DNA of 62,563 bases, the filler included, from Xylographa opegraphella (taxonomy: Eukaryota), in NCBI GenBank assembly GCA_022813865.1. It is 8 parts of 8 records of this genome, joined end to end, with 100 filler letters (N's around TTAATTAATTAA, not from the genome) between each part and the next. Parts side by side here need not be neighbours in the genome. Positions count along the whole stretch, not along the records: positions 32,104 to 39,802 come from JALDZX010000196.1; positions 39,903 to 47,457 come from JALDZX010000197.1; positions 47,558 to 55,068 come from JALDZX010000198.1; 5 more parts are not named here. One strand, 5' to 3'. Below the pieces are notes generated by a model. That model did no database searches. It had not been told where the DNA came from and worked only from the letters and a program-made list of their open reading frames with translations. The translations under genes were made by a program, and so were the position numbers. Shown piece after piece: positions 35,458 through 48,110 of this stretch (positions within the stretch are counted from its first letter, which is position 1; each line of letters opens with the position of its first letter).

Positions 35458-37161
35458 ATCTTTGCATCTCTTCAGCTCAAATGTGCCGCTCTTGATCAAT
35501 GATGAGTGGACGTCGAAGCTTGCACGAAGCTAGGTACATAAATGTAAGAGACTATCACGTCTCGCCATCTCGACACATATCTGGTACTAAATACAAAGAA
35601 AGCGCGAAGCTGAATCACACTTGTGTGGATTCTACTCACCCCAGCGAGAGAATCTGTCTGTGTCATTACATTGGTTATTTGCTCTCACCAGTCATGGGTT
35701 CACTTTCTCCTCATAACCCCGAAGCCCATTGCTCGCTCGCGAACTGTGCATCCACCCACAACAACTATCAAAGTGCCAAATTTTAAGTGTGAAGATGCAT
35801 TCTACCCGAACTCAGAATACCCCCTTCGGCCACTGGCTCCATTGGGCTCTTACCTGCGACTCCATATCCCCCAGGCCAAGGCCCAAACACCAAGCCACCT
35901 GTATCGACGAGGCCGGTTGCTTCAACAAGCACCACTATGCGCGAGTCACATCGCCGTCTGCGGCTCACAAATGGTCGCCGCCAGCTCCAAATGCAGCATC
36001 ACCGTCCGAACCTGTAGCTTGCTTTCACAATAATTCTAGCGTTACCCCCAGACTTCTTCTGCTACAGACTGCCGGAAGTCAGGATGTATCCCTGTACCGT
36101 CATGCGTACGGTTCATCGCCTACCAATACTGGACAGAACTCATATTCAGCTTCTACCTCGTGGCCTGCCCTTCCCTCATCAACGATAGGACATCGACATC
36201 TGACAGCAAATAGTAGCGGTTCTCAATGGAATTTCCACTTTTCCGAAGGTGGCACATGAGAGGGCTTATCACAAGCCTTAGCAAGCTCGGTCTGGTCCGG
36301 CCTTGATTCTCGAAAGCTCGCACATAGAAAGAGCTGTAGGAGCGGCCGCAGATCAGCAGCATAACAACTCAGTATAACAAATAGCACGCCACGGGTTGCC
36401 AGCGGCAGTCCTCCGATGTTCGGACACGTCTTAGTACAGAGCGATCGGTGGTCAATGTTCATCAACCCCCTGTTTCAGCTTCTCGGCATGATCGCCCTGC
36501 TCCTCCTTGTACGCCTTCCCCATCCCACCAATTAACAGAAAATTTCCGTGGGTGATGCCGCCAGGGTCTTCATTGCACAATCATCGCCACTCCTACCCGA
36601 AAACCAGCCTGGCTCACATACAAACACTCGAGAGACCTGTACACGACCCAATGCCCACGGATGGGAGTAGGAGCACTGGAGTATCTGCTGCCAACGACAC
36701 GGAAGTCTGGAAAAGTGAGCAAGGGAGACCCTGGGAGCTCTGTGAAATCTGCACAAAGAAACCTTATCTAATCACAGAAAAAATGATCATATTCTGTCAC
36801 AGCTGCTATGGAGAAGCTGTGGCAGCAGAGAAGGCCCTGAGCCGAAGAAGGTCGCGTAGTGACGGAAGTCCAGAAGATTAGAGAATGCTAAGCTTTCGGC
36901 GAGAGACGTACAAAGTTTCGTGGAAACGATGAATTCGGTAAACAGTCGCGCGTGCTGAATCATGTACTACCCTGTAGGAAATCTTGCTAACTTAGCTGTG
37001 AATTAGACCACATAGCATATTTCATTTGTGGGCTTGTTAGCGTCGAGCTGGCTCTCATCATGCATATCCATACATTCGTAACATTTCACCACCAGACCGT
37101 GAAGATTAGTAAGTGCAGCATGACCCTGATTTTGTGTCGCGGTATTCTTCAACCATCACCG

Positions 37162-37963
37162 TCACGTGACACCGTTGACCATTGCATGCCTCCCTCTATC
37201 GTCTCCTTCCATTTCGGATACAATTTTCCAATCCTTGACGCCTCCTTTCCAGTCCGCTATCCGCACTTCCTTGACCCGCACAAGGACAACCCTGACCTCC
37301 TCACCCTCAATATAACAGCTTGTGCCTCGGTCGCTTTCGCCGGCAGTGACATTCTGCGTTGCCCCAAAGAAGCCTTGCTCTTCTCGGGCTTGATCCCCAA
37401 AGGTGTTGTTTTCCAGATGGCGGTCCTTACACCACTTCTCCTCCTCGCTCCCTGGCTCGACCAGCCTGGCCTCCCCGTCTATGGTAGCGGAAATGCTGCT
37501 CAGAGCGCTGGTGTTCATGTTCAGCAGCAAACTCGCCAAGCTTGAGCGGGTAGCTTGAGGTGGCGGAGAGCCTTCTCGAGTGGGATCATGTGCCCGTGTC
37601 GGGGGCCGGTGGGAGACCCAATCGTGTACAAGAAGCGAGACGCGTGGATTTCTGACAAGGTTGACGGTCTTTTTCGAAGAGGGGTTGGTGGTCATGATGA
37701 TGGTGGGGTGAGGGGAGAACGGTGTGGAAGATAAGTAGGTGTAGTTCATGAGGGAGACGTGGGGGAACAGATCTGAGCATGTTGCTAAGTGAAGCTACAG
37801 CCACATTAGCGACAAGCCAATTCTCAGAGCGCATGGCACCACTGACAAAACGGGCATGCTTCAGACACGAGATAACTTCCGAGGGCAGAGAGGTGGAGAT
37901 CTGCGGATTGGTGATTGTAGCGGAGGCTTGCCAATTAAGCGGGGCGTTCGACAGGTCTGCCAT
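37162..37963 (-). CDS. Pyridoxamine 5'-phosphate oxidase-like FMN-binding split-barrel protein (2 exons: 37963-37847, 37794-37162)
   Basis: LPSEVISCLKHARF|LHLATC...PHVSLMNYTY...KKTVNLVRNPRVSLLVHDWV...IADWKG; GT-AG intron 37795-37846 with CTAAT branch. Confidence 0.88.
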
Positions 37964-39171
37964 GTCGCTCGACCGAAGCAGGGAAGACTCGTTGGAAGGT
38001 CTTCAGACGCAACAGTCACTCTGAGAGGGTGATCCTCGCAGCTATACCGTTTGTTGCATGCTGTCCTCGCCCGCTGGCAAGGCTGCAGCCCCGGTCCTAG
38101 GACTAACCTACCTCGCGGGGGAAAAAAAAGCGAGACGTACTAACCACATTAGAACACTAATGCAGCAACGCAATATCGATTATTTACATATTATCTGCCC
38201 GTATACCCTCTATTTATTATATTTTGAAAATGTTTAGGCTATTCTAGAATCTTTTTATTAATATTTCTGGTTCCTGATAATTAAATGTGGGTGGACTGCA
38301 TGATTTAAGCATGCGATATCCTAAAGCTCTGGAAACCCCGGCCTCGCGAAAAAGGGATATTTGGAACGTAAAAAAGGGCATTTTTACTATTATCAATTAG
38401 GGCACAAACCCGCGCCCTTGTGAATGTACTAAAGTGTTGACATGAAGTTATTGAAAGATAATTATAATGATTAAAGAATAATAAAAACAACGCGTTTATA
38501 TGATTATTGTATTCTAATGTGGTTAATACGTCTCGCGTTTTTTTCCCCCGCGAGCCTACCTTATCCTTGGCGCCCATGCGGCTTACCTAAGCCGTTTCCC
38601 CGCGCTCCCTTGAACTATCTTAGTTTTACCTTAGGCTAGTGAATCCGTTAGCGACGCTTCTGTCTCAATCTCAGCTGCAAGAACGCGATGTTACAAGGTA
38701 TTAAATTATGTAATAATATATCATAATTTCAGATGACTAATCAGTGTAATACAATATATAAAGAACGTGTTAATATTGTAAAAATTACGTAAATAACGCT
38801 GATTATATAAATTACTTTAAAATTACGTATAATTACGTATATATTCCCTAACTAAATATAATGTTCGATTAAAATAATGTTCGATCGGTCGATTCGAATA
38901 TTCGATTATTGATTAATAATAAGCTTGAAATAGAGATTTTATATTATAATATATTTTTTGAATTTTATAGTCGGATAACGATAGAATTGATATTTAAAAG
39001 CTGGAAATAATTGAAAATAATAATATATATTCAATTTATAATAAATGTAAGGTTCAAATAATAAATTATAATTGATAAAATATAATAAAAGCGATAAAAA
39101 ATAATATTTAAAACGAGTTTCGAATTTATAATCTTGGCGTTTTTTTACTGTTTACAGAGGTTCTTGGCGCT

Positions 39172-39358
39172 TTATTTTTATTTTTATTTTTATTTTTATT
39201 TTTATTTTTATTTTTATTTTTATTTTTATTTTTATTTTTNNNNNNNNNNNNNNNNNNNNNNNNNNNNNNNNNNNNNNNNNNNNNNNNNNNNNNNTTTTTA
39301 TTTTTATTTTTATTTTTATTTTTATTTTTATTTTTATTTTTATTTTTATTTTTATTTT
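39172..39358. repeat. (TTTTTA)n microsatellite with gap
   Basis: Directly visible. Confidence 0.9.
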
Positions 39359-39529
39359 TCGCTTTCGTTATTTAATTCTTAGCGATTAATTGTATTTCGC
39401 TAACGTTTCGCAATTCGAGTTGATTTATATATTTTTAATATTTTTAATATTTTTAATATTTTTAATATTTTTATTTAAATAAAAACTTAGTAAATTTATT
39501 CGTAAATATTTAATTTATAATTAATTATT

Positions 39530-39719
39530 TGTTGAAAATCCAGGGGGTTAGCCGCCTGTGTTGTCGTTTTATACTATAATCAATTAAAACTAGCTTAATA
39601 CAGAACTCGAAGAGTTTTCTGAAGCCTCAGCTTTAGGAGAACTCTTTATTTTCTTAATAATTAAGCAATACACTGCTATCTGCTGCCAAAATCCCTGTGC
39701 CTAGTAATTAAATTTAATA
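39530..39719 (+). mobile_element. RIP-mutated solo LTR, family of 4591-4779
   Basis: TGTTGAAAATC start; shares gaactctt...ttaagcaat.cactg.ta.ctgctgcca...cctgtgcctagt.atta. Confidence 0.75.
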
Positions 39720-39742
39720 AATTATATGCCCGGCTAGCCTAC

Positions 39743-39802
39743 TGTTACGGCTCATCAACTCACCACACAAGCACGCCTAGAACGTAAGCTTTAGGTGGAC
39801 GA
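39743..39802 (+). mobile_element. Young LTR end (TGTTACGG family) at scaffold edge
   Basis: Identical to 47397-47456. Confidence 0.8.
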
Positions 39803-39902
39803 NNNNNNNNNNNNNNNNNNNNNNNNNNNNNNNNNNNNNNNNNNNNTTAATTAATTAANNNNNNNNNNNNNNNNNNNNNNNNNNNNNNNNNNNNNNNNNN
39901 NN
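39803..39902. other. Artificial scaffold spacer
   Basis: N44-TTAATTAATTAA-N44. Confidence 0.97.
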
Positions 39903-40453
39903 AAAATAATTAAAATAATTAAAATAATTAAAATAATTAAAATAATTAAAATAATTAAAATAATTAGATAATTTCCATGTAAAAATATTGAAAATAAATA
40001 TCACGAGTAATATTAATTCAATGAAAATTCTTGTTTATCAATCGTAAAATTTTTTATTTAATTTTTTTTATATAATTATTAAATAAAATTCTCGCTAAAT
40101 CGATTAAAATTAATAATATGAAAATATTAATTAAATCAATCAATTATAATTTAAATATATTTATTACAGTATTTTAATACATGTTTTAACCCTCGCGTTT
40201 CATTTGAATCAATAACCCGCTTTGAAAACATAGCTCGTTACTCGATTTACTCGATAACGAAATTTACCTGAAGAAAACCCTTTCATTATCAGTGCAGCTT
40301 GCTCAGTTGCTTAATTGCTTTGTTTACTTATGATTGCTATATTCTATATGTAACGTACTGAGTCCATTATAGTTTAGCTTGTATTCAGCTACTATTGGTT
40401 AAAGAAAAAATCGTCGTTCGAGGGTCGATTGCCAGCGTTGCTTGTCAGCAGTC

Positions 40454-41536
40454 ATGAATGCGCCAGACAGGTCAGTAGGCATGATTCATTATGTATAACA
40501 ATGAAAGGCCCCGTGAGAGATCTATAAAATGTTCAAGTACCTTCCTTCAAGACGCTTGCACTGGACGCGCTTATAGCTGTTCCAAAAGTCATCGAACAAA
40601 ATTTAATCTGACCAGCACTATGCGTACCTACTTTCGCAAGCCTCTCCAAAAGACGTAAAATATTGCTTCTTCTCCTATCCGCTCAATATCAAGCAAGCCA
40701 ACAATTGAATCATACTCTGCGATAACACAGAATCTCAATTTTCACATTTATGAAGGCTCCGCAGCTATTCCGTGTATCCACAATGTGATGGTTAGCGTCC
40801 TCTATGTGAATTTTCATAATATAAAACCCTTAGAGCACCAAAGTTACTTTCGGCATCACATTCTTGTACTTGGTCCATTTCAATACTTCATCGTTATCCA
40901 CTTCGTCCTCGTTAGTACTTAGTTAAATTCAGTTGAAAATGAGGATTCCGGCTGAGAGCAATGTGCCCACCAGGTTCCAATTGTTCTTACTCGAAGTCGG
41001 TGAGAAGAAAGTTGCAGAGACAGCTGATACCCGTAAGCTTCGTTTCTTTATAGATAGATACCTTACAGTGCCCCTCATTATACTGATCGATGAACTAGGT
41101 ATTCCATCATCCTCCCTCTTCACTTTCAACAAAGAAGACCATACTCTCGGCAACCTGCTTCGCTCTCGTCTGTTACAATCGCCTCACGTCACCTTTTCAG
41201 GATACAGAGTACCTCACCCTCTTTTCAGGTATGCAGGATGGGCAAATCATTTCCTACATGGCTTGTACCTGTCATGCAGATTACCATGTACTAGCATGTG
41301 GAGCTACCTAAAAGCAATGATCCTTCATGTTTTGACGCACCTGAGTGTCGGCTGACCTTTTCATCAGCAAATTTGAGCTTCGGGTTCAAACCGACGGTGA
41401 AATCACCCCTCGTGCTGCTTTAGTTCAAGCATGTCGAGATCTCGTGAACGACCTCGGAACCCTGAGTCGTGAATTTACCAAGGAGTGGGAACTTAGAAAA
41501 ATGGCTGGCGAAGGCACGAATGGAGTGGAGAAATAA
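40454..41536 (+). CDS. RPB11: RNA polymerase II subunit Rpb11 (4 exons: 40454-40470, 40974-41032, 41099-41228, 41368-41536)
   Basis: Spliced MNAPDRFQLFLL...FTFNKEDHTLGNLLRSRLL...FSGYRVPHPLF-SKFELRVQT; all introns GT-AG. Confidence 0.93.
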
Positions 41537-41851
41537 GGAATAAATCTTCATCTCCCTAAGCATTTGGGACATGTAATTTGTTGGCCAATGAAACCCCTTG
41601 GCATCTACAAGTCCAAGAAGCACAACGTACTTTCAGAACTAAAGTATCCTAACTTGAGCACTTCAAGTGAGGACAGAAGACGTCGACTTTTACTAGGCAG
41701 TTCACTTACTGCTCGATTGATATTGTCTCATCATGTGCTTGTAACTAAGGACGTGCTTTTGTGTGCATGCCCCGCTAGATCCCTATACTTCAATGGTATA
41801 CGACAACTACGCCAGCCTAGAACCACATATGGTCTTTACATACTAAAGCGT

Positions 41852-44800
41852 CTAGTTCAAAACTCTTCCCGCAATATTAGACTGACTTCGGTCCTTGGTT
41901 TCTACTTTCTTCAACCCTTTTCCTCTGATGATCTCGCCCAGAAGAGCCCCAACCGCTGATGGTCCTGATTTGCCACCACCAGCAATCGGTCCAGGAGACG
42001 GAGGACCACTTGCGGCTCCGGCAGGAGATCCTGGCATTGGTGGCGGTGGTGGAGGCCCTGGAGCTAAGAAAGTGGGATTAGGCATCGGTGGTGGTGGAGG
42101 CGGTGCAGGTGGCGCGTTCATATCTGGCATTGATGGAGTGAGTGGTGACATGGAAGCCGTTGGCGTCCGACCGAATTTCGGTGTTGTTGGTGATTTGCTT
42201 TCGTCCATGGCTGAGAGAGGACGCGTAGACGGTGCCATGGTACCAAACAGCATTGAGGCTAGCTGCTTAGCACTTCCGCCTGTAGGCTGCTCATTATCAT
42301 CATCGGAAGAACCCTCTGTCGAGTCGACAACAGACCATTCATCTTCTTCCGGCCGCACACGAGATGGACGATTACCCGTCACTGTGGAATATTGTGGTAG
42401 TAATGCCTTAGCCGCACTCTCCTGCTGCGCCAAGCGATGGAAAGGGTTTGTAGAGATTTCGTTGGTGCTTGTGGGGGTATTCGAAGAGGGGAGTTGAGAA
42501 AGTGGGGCGAGATTTGAATCACCGGATTGGCTAAGCTTCCTGAAAAAAGGGTTTTTCGTTTTATCGTTATACGCAGCTGCTTGCGTGTTGAGAGGGACTG
42601 GAGCTGCAGGCAGGCTGTTCACCGCGACTTCTTCTTTTGCGCTAGCTGAGGAGGATTTACGAGATGTATTCTGCGCCACATAGGCCGGAATTACGTCTCG
42701 TGTAAGGAACTGGCTATTGGTGGGTGTGTTCTCTTCCGGAGTTACTTCGGCATTACCTCCGTCACCTGACGAATTATCGTCACTAAGGCTTTCAAGTTGC
42801 AGCTGAAGCTGTCTTTCTCTTTCTCTTGCAGCTTCCAACTCAGCTCGTTGTGCACCAAGCTTCGCTTCTTGTTCTTTAGCCTCCTTTTCCGCAGCTTGTT
42901 TCCTTCGCTTTTCGTCCTGCTTCTTTACTTTGCCTGTTCTGACTTGCTCCTCCAATACTTTTAGTCGAGCTTCCGAAGCTTCACGTTCTTTTGCGAGAAC
43001 CTCCTTTTGGTGTCGTGCTCCGTCTCTGTGTGACATTAGCTCCAAGCCTCAAAATAAACGGTTTTGACCTACTCAAGAGCTCGTGCCTGTTCCTCCTGAA
43101 CCGACTTCTGTTTTCTTATGGCGTCTTCTCTACTATCCTGTTGAGGTCTTTGTATCTCTACCTCATTTTCGTTTTTGCGCTTGGCCTCCGCCTGTTGTCC
43201 GACACTACCGGTCCTACTCTTTCGCGACGGAGGCGGCGGGGGCCTTTTTGTGGACACTTTTGGTCCATTTGGAGATGAAGGCTGCTCATCATTAAGCCTT
43301 CGCTCCCTCTCCTGATTTCGTTGAAAATCATCCATTGCTGCTTGTCGTAGTCGTTCTTCCCGTTGTCTGGCTTCACGTTCTTGCTTCTCTGAACCAGTCT
43401 CGGCAGTTCGGGGCGGAGGTTTCAATCCGAGAGCCGCAAGACGTTCAGCCATTCGCTGCTCTGCCTGCTGTTTGATAAAAGCCGCTCTTTCCTCGGCTGT
43501 CTTATAAGCTGAATAAGTGTTGACCGGCGTTAGAGGACGTGCCACTTTTTCGGAATACGCTATTGTCTGATCATACTTCGTCGAGGTATGATCTCGAATA
43601 CTGTTATGTCGTGAATGAAAGCCTGGGAGATCTTCCTCTTGACGTTCTCTTTTCGTGCTGTTCCTGTGAGCCAAGACATATTCGATGTGAGGATATAGTA
43701 CGTACTCTTCAGTTCGAGCTCTTGCAGCACGACTGCTACGCTGAAGGTCAAAAATGAAATCTTTCACGTCGTCTTCCACGCCTAAGCCATCTTCCCATCT
43801 TCGTTTCTCGTGCTCACTGGCTGTGCTTTCATCATCCTCTCTCAGGCTGTCCTCCAAGCCCTTCGAAAAGTCGCGCACACTGTCCTCAACGTCCTTGATC
43901 ATACGCTCGTTGTTATCTTTTTCCGTCCGAATCCGTGAGTTCTCTACCGCTAGCCGACTCGTAGCTGCTGATGTATCATCAGTATTAGCAGACATTGGTA
44001 TCCCCGTAAGTGCAGCGGAACGCTGTTGCATCATGGCTTTGGCACGAGCCTTGAGCCTGTCGACCTCGGTTACTGCCCCACCAGGACCAGTACCAACGAC
44101 AGCTGAAGCGCTGCCCGGGTGTGCCTTTGCATCAATTTGACGGAAGAGTTCAAGCTTTCTATCAGCAATACTCCGTTCTATTCGACGTACGGTCGATGCC
44201 AATTCTGGTAATCGATCGATCAGGGATTGCAACTGCCTCTTCAAAGTTCTTCGCTCTGCGCCTGAATCATATTTCCTAATGGCTGCAGCTGGCTGGTGAT
44301 CGATGTCCTCTTGCACATGTCGAATTCGCTGATAGAGTTCTTCTACTTCCCTCCGATCCTTTCCAACTAGAGCGTCCTCCTCATCCGCAGCATCATCATC
44401 GTTAAAGTCAATTGCGTTGAGCAGTATTTGCTTCTCTCGAATAACCTTACGCAACTGCTCCATTGTGAGCTTATCATTGGATGAGTCCGAAGAAGGAGAC
44501 GATAGTGGAATGGGCGAAGGAGTCCGTCCTCCGCCACCAAGTCGACGGCGTGCACTAGACTTATACCCTATATCGTCGTCATTGTTCCTATAAACCGTGG
44601 CATCTTTTCGTAATGGGGTGACTCCTTTGGAGTCGGTACGGAAAGAATGGGTCTTCAAATAACTTACACCCGTCCTTTGCGGTTGCAAGAAAGCCCCTGT
44701 GTTTATTCTTGCCTCTGCGTCTTGCGACAGAAGAGACTTCACCGTACCAATTGAATCTGCAAAGTTCCTCGTGGATGGCGGGACAAGTTCGGGTGGCAGC

Positions 44801-46341
44801 CTATTGGGCACCGGATAGCCATTGAGTTTCCGATATATCAAATGCATGGCAACCGCGAATTCATCCATATCTAGCCTGCCCTTATTGTTTGGGTCCGAGA
44901 GTGTCCAAATTTTCTCCAAGTCGGATTTCTCAAGTCCGCTCTGACCCATTACCTCTATCGCAACATCACCTCCAATGTAGCCTTTATTGAAGCCATCCCA
45001 TGCCCTGAACAGATGATCATAGATCTTCTTCTCATCTTTAGTGACAGCCCAAGGTACCGTAGCGGTGCCGGAAAGACCAGCAGTGGTGTATCCACCTTCT
45101 CGTCCTGGCTGGGGCATCATCCGTTGTTGCAAGGCATCGATGTTTGGTAATCCAGAAGCAGGAGCATTTACCAAGCCCCACTGACCTGGACTACCAGTTG
45201 GCTTCACATTGAGTGGAAGTGGGGCTGTTCCTAGCTGAAGTAGCGAATATTGCGAAGAAAAGCCGGTAGGAATTGGTGGCATTGGGGGTTGCGGTCCCGA
45301 ATATGTTGTGGCCGTGGCATTTGGTTGGTAATCAGTCTGCTGAAACCGCTGAAAATTTGCTTGTTGCAATGGAAGACCTGTTGGCTGAGGCTGAAGAATT
45401 CCGGTCAGCTGAGGGGGAATATACTGTGATGCAAATCCGGTTGGCTGCGATGTCAACTGTGCTAGTAGCTGACTGTTCGACGTTTGCGGTTGCGGTTGCT
45501 GGATCCCCGGAGAGGCTGTGGATCGAGATAAGGAGTCAAAATTAGGACCGTTGCTCATTGACTCTACATGGTGACGATCATCGGGCACACCGAATGAGAT
45601 GATGTCGACCATACTGGAGACTTCATTGGTAATTCGCTCTGGTAGCGTTCGTGGCAATTCCTTCCCGACCAGCTTAAGGTTACAAAGGTACATGGCAAGG
45701 GCAAATTCCGGGAAAAGAAGTTGCCCAGACTTCGTAGTGTCCGAGAGAACCCAGATGTGCATCAAGTCACTGCCTTGCAGCTTTGAGCGAATCAAAAGGT
45801 CTCTAACCTTGTCACCATCCAAAGCTTGCCCATCACCGACGGCCGACTTAAATAGCTGTTCAAATTTAGCCTGATCTTGTGCAGTCAAGAAAGACAACCG
45901 AATCTTAGGAATTTTCACGCCACTTGAACTGGCCGTCATAGGTGGGAGCTGCGACGAGCCAGATTGGAAAGATTGAGCTATTTGTGATGAAGTTTGCCCA
46001 GTACGTTGTGGCAAGAGAGACTGCTGGGACAGTTGAGATGTCTTTAGTGGTTCCTGCAGAAGTGGAGCTTGGCTTTGATATGATTGTTGATTCTGGGTAG
46101 GATAGCCGGTGTAGGCGGGCTGTTGTGAAGGCGTTTGGAGATTCTGTGTTTCATTTTGGCCAGGGAAGCTTGTGGAATGCGGCTGCAGGGAATTTCCTCC
46201 GTACGCGGCAGGCTGTTGGGCGATGCGATTTGGCAGTTGCTGACCTTGGGGTGCTCGGGAAAACGAAGCTTGGCCATAGGAAGTGGCGCCTGGACGAAAG
46301 CTCTGCGCCCCGCCGAGGTAGGACGGTGACTTTGAATACAT
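41852..46341 (-). CDS. PAN1: Actin cytoskeleton-regulatory complex protein Pan1 (two EH domains, coiled coil, poly-Pro, WH2); introns near 43665-43706 and 43027-43073
   Basis: [23 protein letters not shown] domains ([42 protein letters not shown]), QPTG repeats, NPF motifs, poly-Pro, [21 protein letters not shown] (WH2). Confidence 0.95.
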
Positions 46342-46450
46342 TGTTTGGCTCTGGTTGAAGTGATATGCAGGAATAACAACGGTAAACGGGCTTCAACGAA
46401 GGTCTACCTGTAGCTAGCGTGCCAAGTCTGTCTTAACCCTTATCGTAATT

Positions 46451-46535
46451 ATTGCACCGTAGCTGCTTTAAGGATGAAAGGGGTTCAAATTCAATATCGA
46501 CCGCTAATAATGCAGTATTTCCGCTTCGATTAAAA
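46451..46535. repeat. RIP-touched copy of the promoter-associated TGCAGCGTAGCTGC repeat core
   Basis: Aligns to 56153-56235; about 110 bp upstream of the PAN1 ATG. Confidence 0.75.
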
Positions 46536-46659
46536 TTCTTTTTTAAAATGCCTCAGTATTTTAAACGTATAAAGCGTTAAATTTTTGCGAGTTAACGTTC
46601 GTGAATAAATTTTTTCAAGTTAATTTATTATTAATTACTGTTGAATCGGAAGTCTATAC

Positions 46660-47396
46660 TAAGCTCGAGTCCTCGAGGGGCGCCCTCGGAAGGGGCTTTA
46701 AGGCGAGTATGACTACCAGGGGATAAAAGTTTTTAAAAAGTTGAAGGAAAACCCTGCGAGTTTTTCTCATTTCTTTTTTTATTTTTTTCGAACTTTTTTA
46801 TAATAATTAATATAAAATATATTTAAGGCGAAGCTTTAAAAATTGTTTATTTGTAACAATCAATAAATTATAAACTCGATTACGTTTTAATTACGTTTAA
46901 AAAAATTTATTTATTCTTGAATTATTATATTTTACAAGATTTTATTTTTTAATATTATAATATTATTTTTTATTTAAATTTGAATATTAACTATAAAATT
47001 TAAATAATTATAGTAATTAATTATAAAAATCGATATTCATTTATTATTACGTAACGTATTGACGAAAGCGTATAAAATGAAATCATTATTTTTATTATTT
47101 AAAAAGTTCGATATAAATAAAATACTACGAGCGAAAAATAATAGATTTATAAATATAATTTTAAATACGTCTGATTTGAAGGAAAATATTTTTATAAAAT
47201 TTGTTAATTTAAAAATTACGGCCAAAATTAAACGCGTTTATAGATAATAAATATATTAAATCGACGTTAATAATTAAATTCTGACTTTACTGCGAAAGTT
47301 AATTCTTATTAAATACGACAACGAAACGTTTAATTTTATTAACGAGTTCGCTTTATATATATATATATTTAAAAATATAGTAATTTTCAAAAGTAA
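46660..47396 (-). mobile_element. RIP-degraded copy of the Helitron-like-ended repeat
   Basis: aagctcgagtcctcgaggggcgccctcggaagggg is the decayed reverse complement of 32700-32734; body collinear with 7151-7860. Confidence 0.6.
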
Positions 47397-47457
47397 TGTT
47401 ACGGCTCATCAACTCACCACACAAGCACGCCTAGAACGTAAGCTTTAGGTGGACGAT
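47397..47457 (+). mobile_element. Young LTR end (TGTTACGG family)
   Basis: Identical to 39743-39802; interrupts the older repeat. Confidence 0.8.
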
Positions 47458-47557
47458 NNNNNNNNNNNNNNNNNNNNNNNNNNNNNNNNNNNNNNNNNNN
47501 NTTAATTAATTAANNNNNNNNNNNNNNNNNNNNNNNNNNNNNNNNNNNNNNNNNNNN
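47458..47557. other. Artificial scaffold spacer
   Basis: N44-TTAATTAATTAA-N44. Confidence 0.97.
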
Positions 47558-47968
47558 TGAAAAATGAAAAATGAAAAATGAAAAATGAAAAATGAAAAAT
47601 GAAAAATGAAAAATGAAAAAAGAAAAATGAAAAATGAAAAATGAAAAATGAAAAATGAAAAATGAAAAATGAAAAATGAAAAATGAAAAANNNNNNNNNN
47701 NNNNNNNNNNNNNNNNNNNNNNNNNNNNNNNNNNNNNNNNNNNNNNNNNNNNNNNNNNNNNNNNNNNNNNNNNNNNNNNNNNNNNNNNNNNNNNNNNNNN
47801 NNNNNNNNNNNNNNNNNNNNNNNNNNNNNNNNNNNNNNNNNNNNNNNNNNNNNNNNNNNNNNNNNNNNNNNNNNNNNNNNNNNNNNNNNNNNNNNNNNNN
47901 NNAAAATTAAAAATTAAAAATTAAAAATTAAAAATTAAAAATTAAAAATTAAAAATTAAAAATTAAAA
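47558..47968. repeat. (TGAAAAA)n then, after a gap, (TTAAAAA)n heptamer arrays
   Basis: Directly visible. Confidence 0.9.
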
Positions 47969-47969
47969 A

Positions 47970-48074
47970 AATGGTATTAAACAACTTTTGGAGTTTAAAA
48001 ATGAAGTATAATTACATTTAAACGACATTGAATTAAAATAAATTAAATATTTAACAAATTTAATTAAACTGTTT

Positions 48075-48110
<36 letters not shown>

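Noticed and set aside
41895..42497. 200-aa Gly-rich ORF and other antisense/overlapping ORFs inside real genes
   Set aside because: Shadow frames of the PAN1 poly-Pro region and other coding strands
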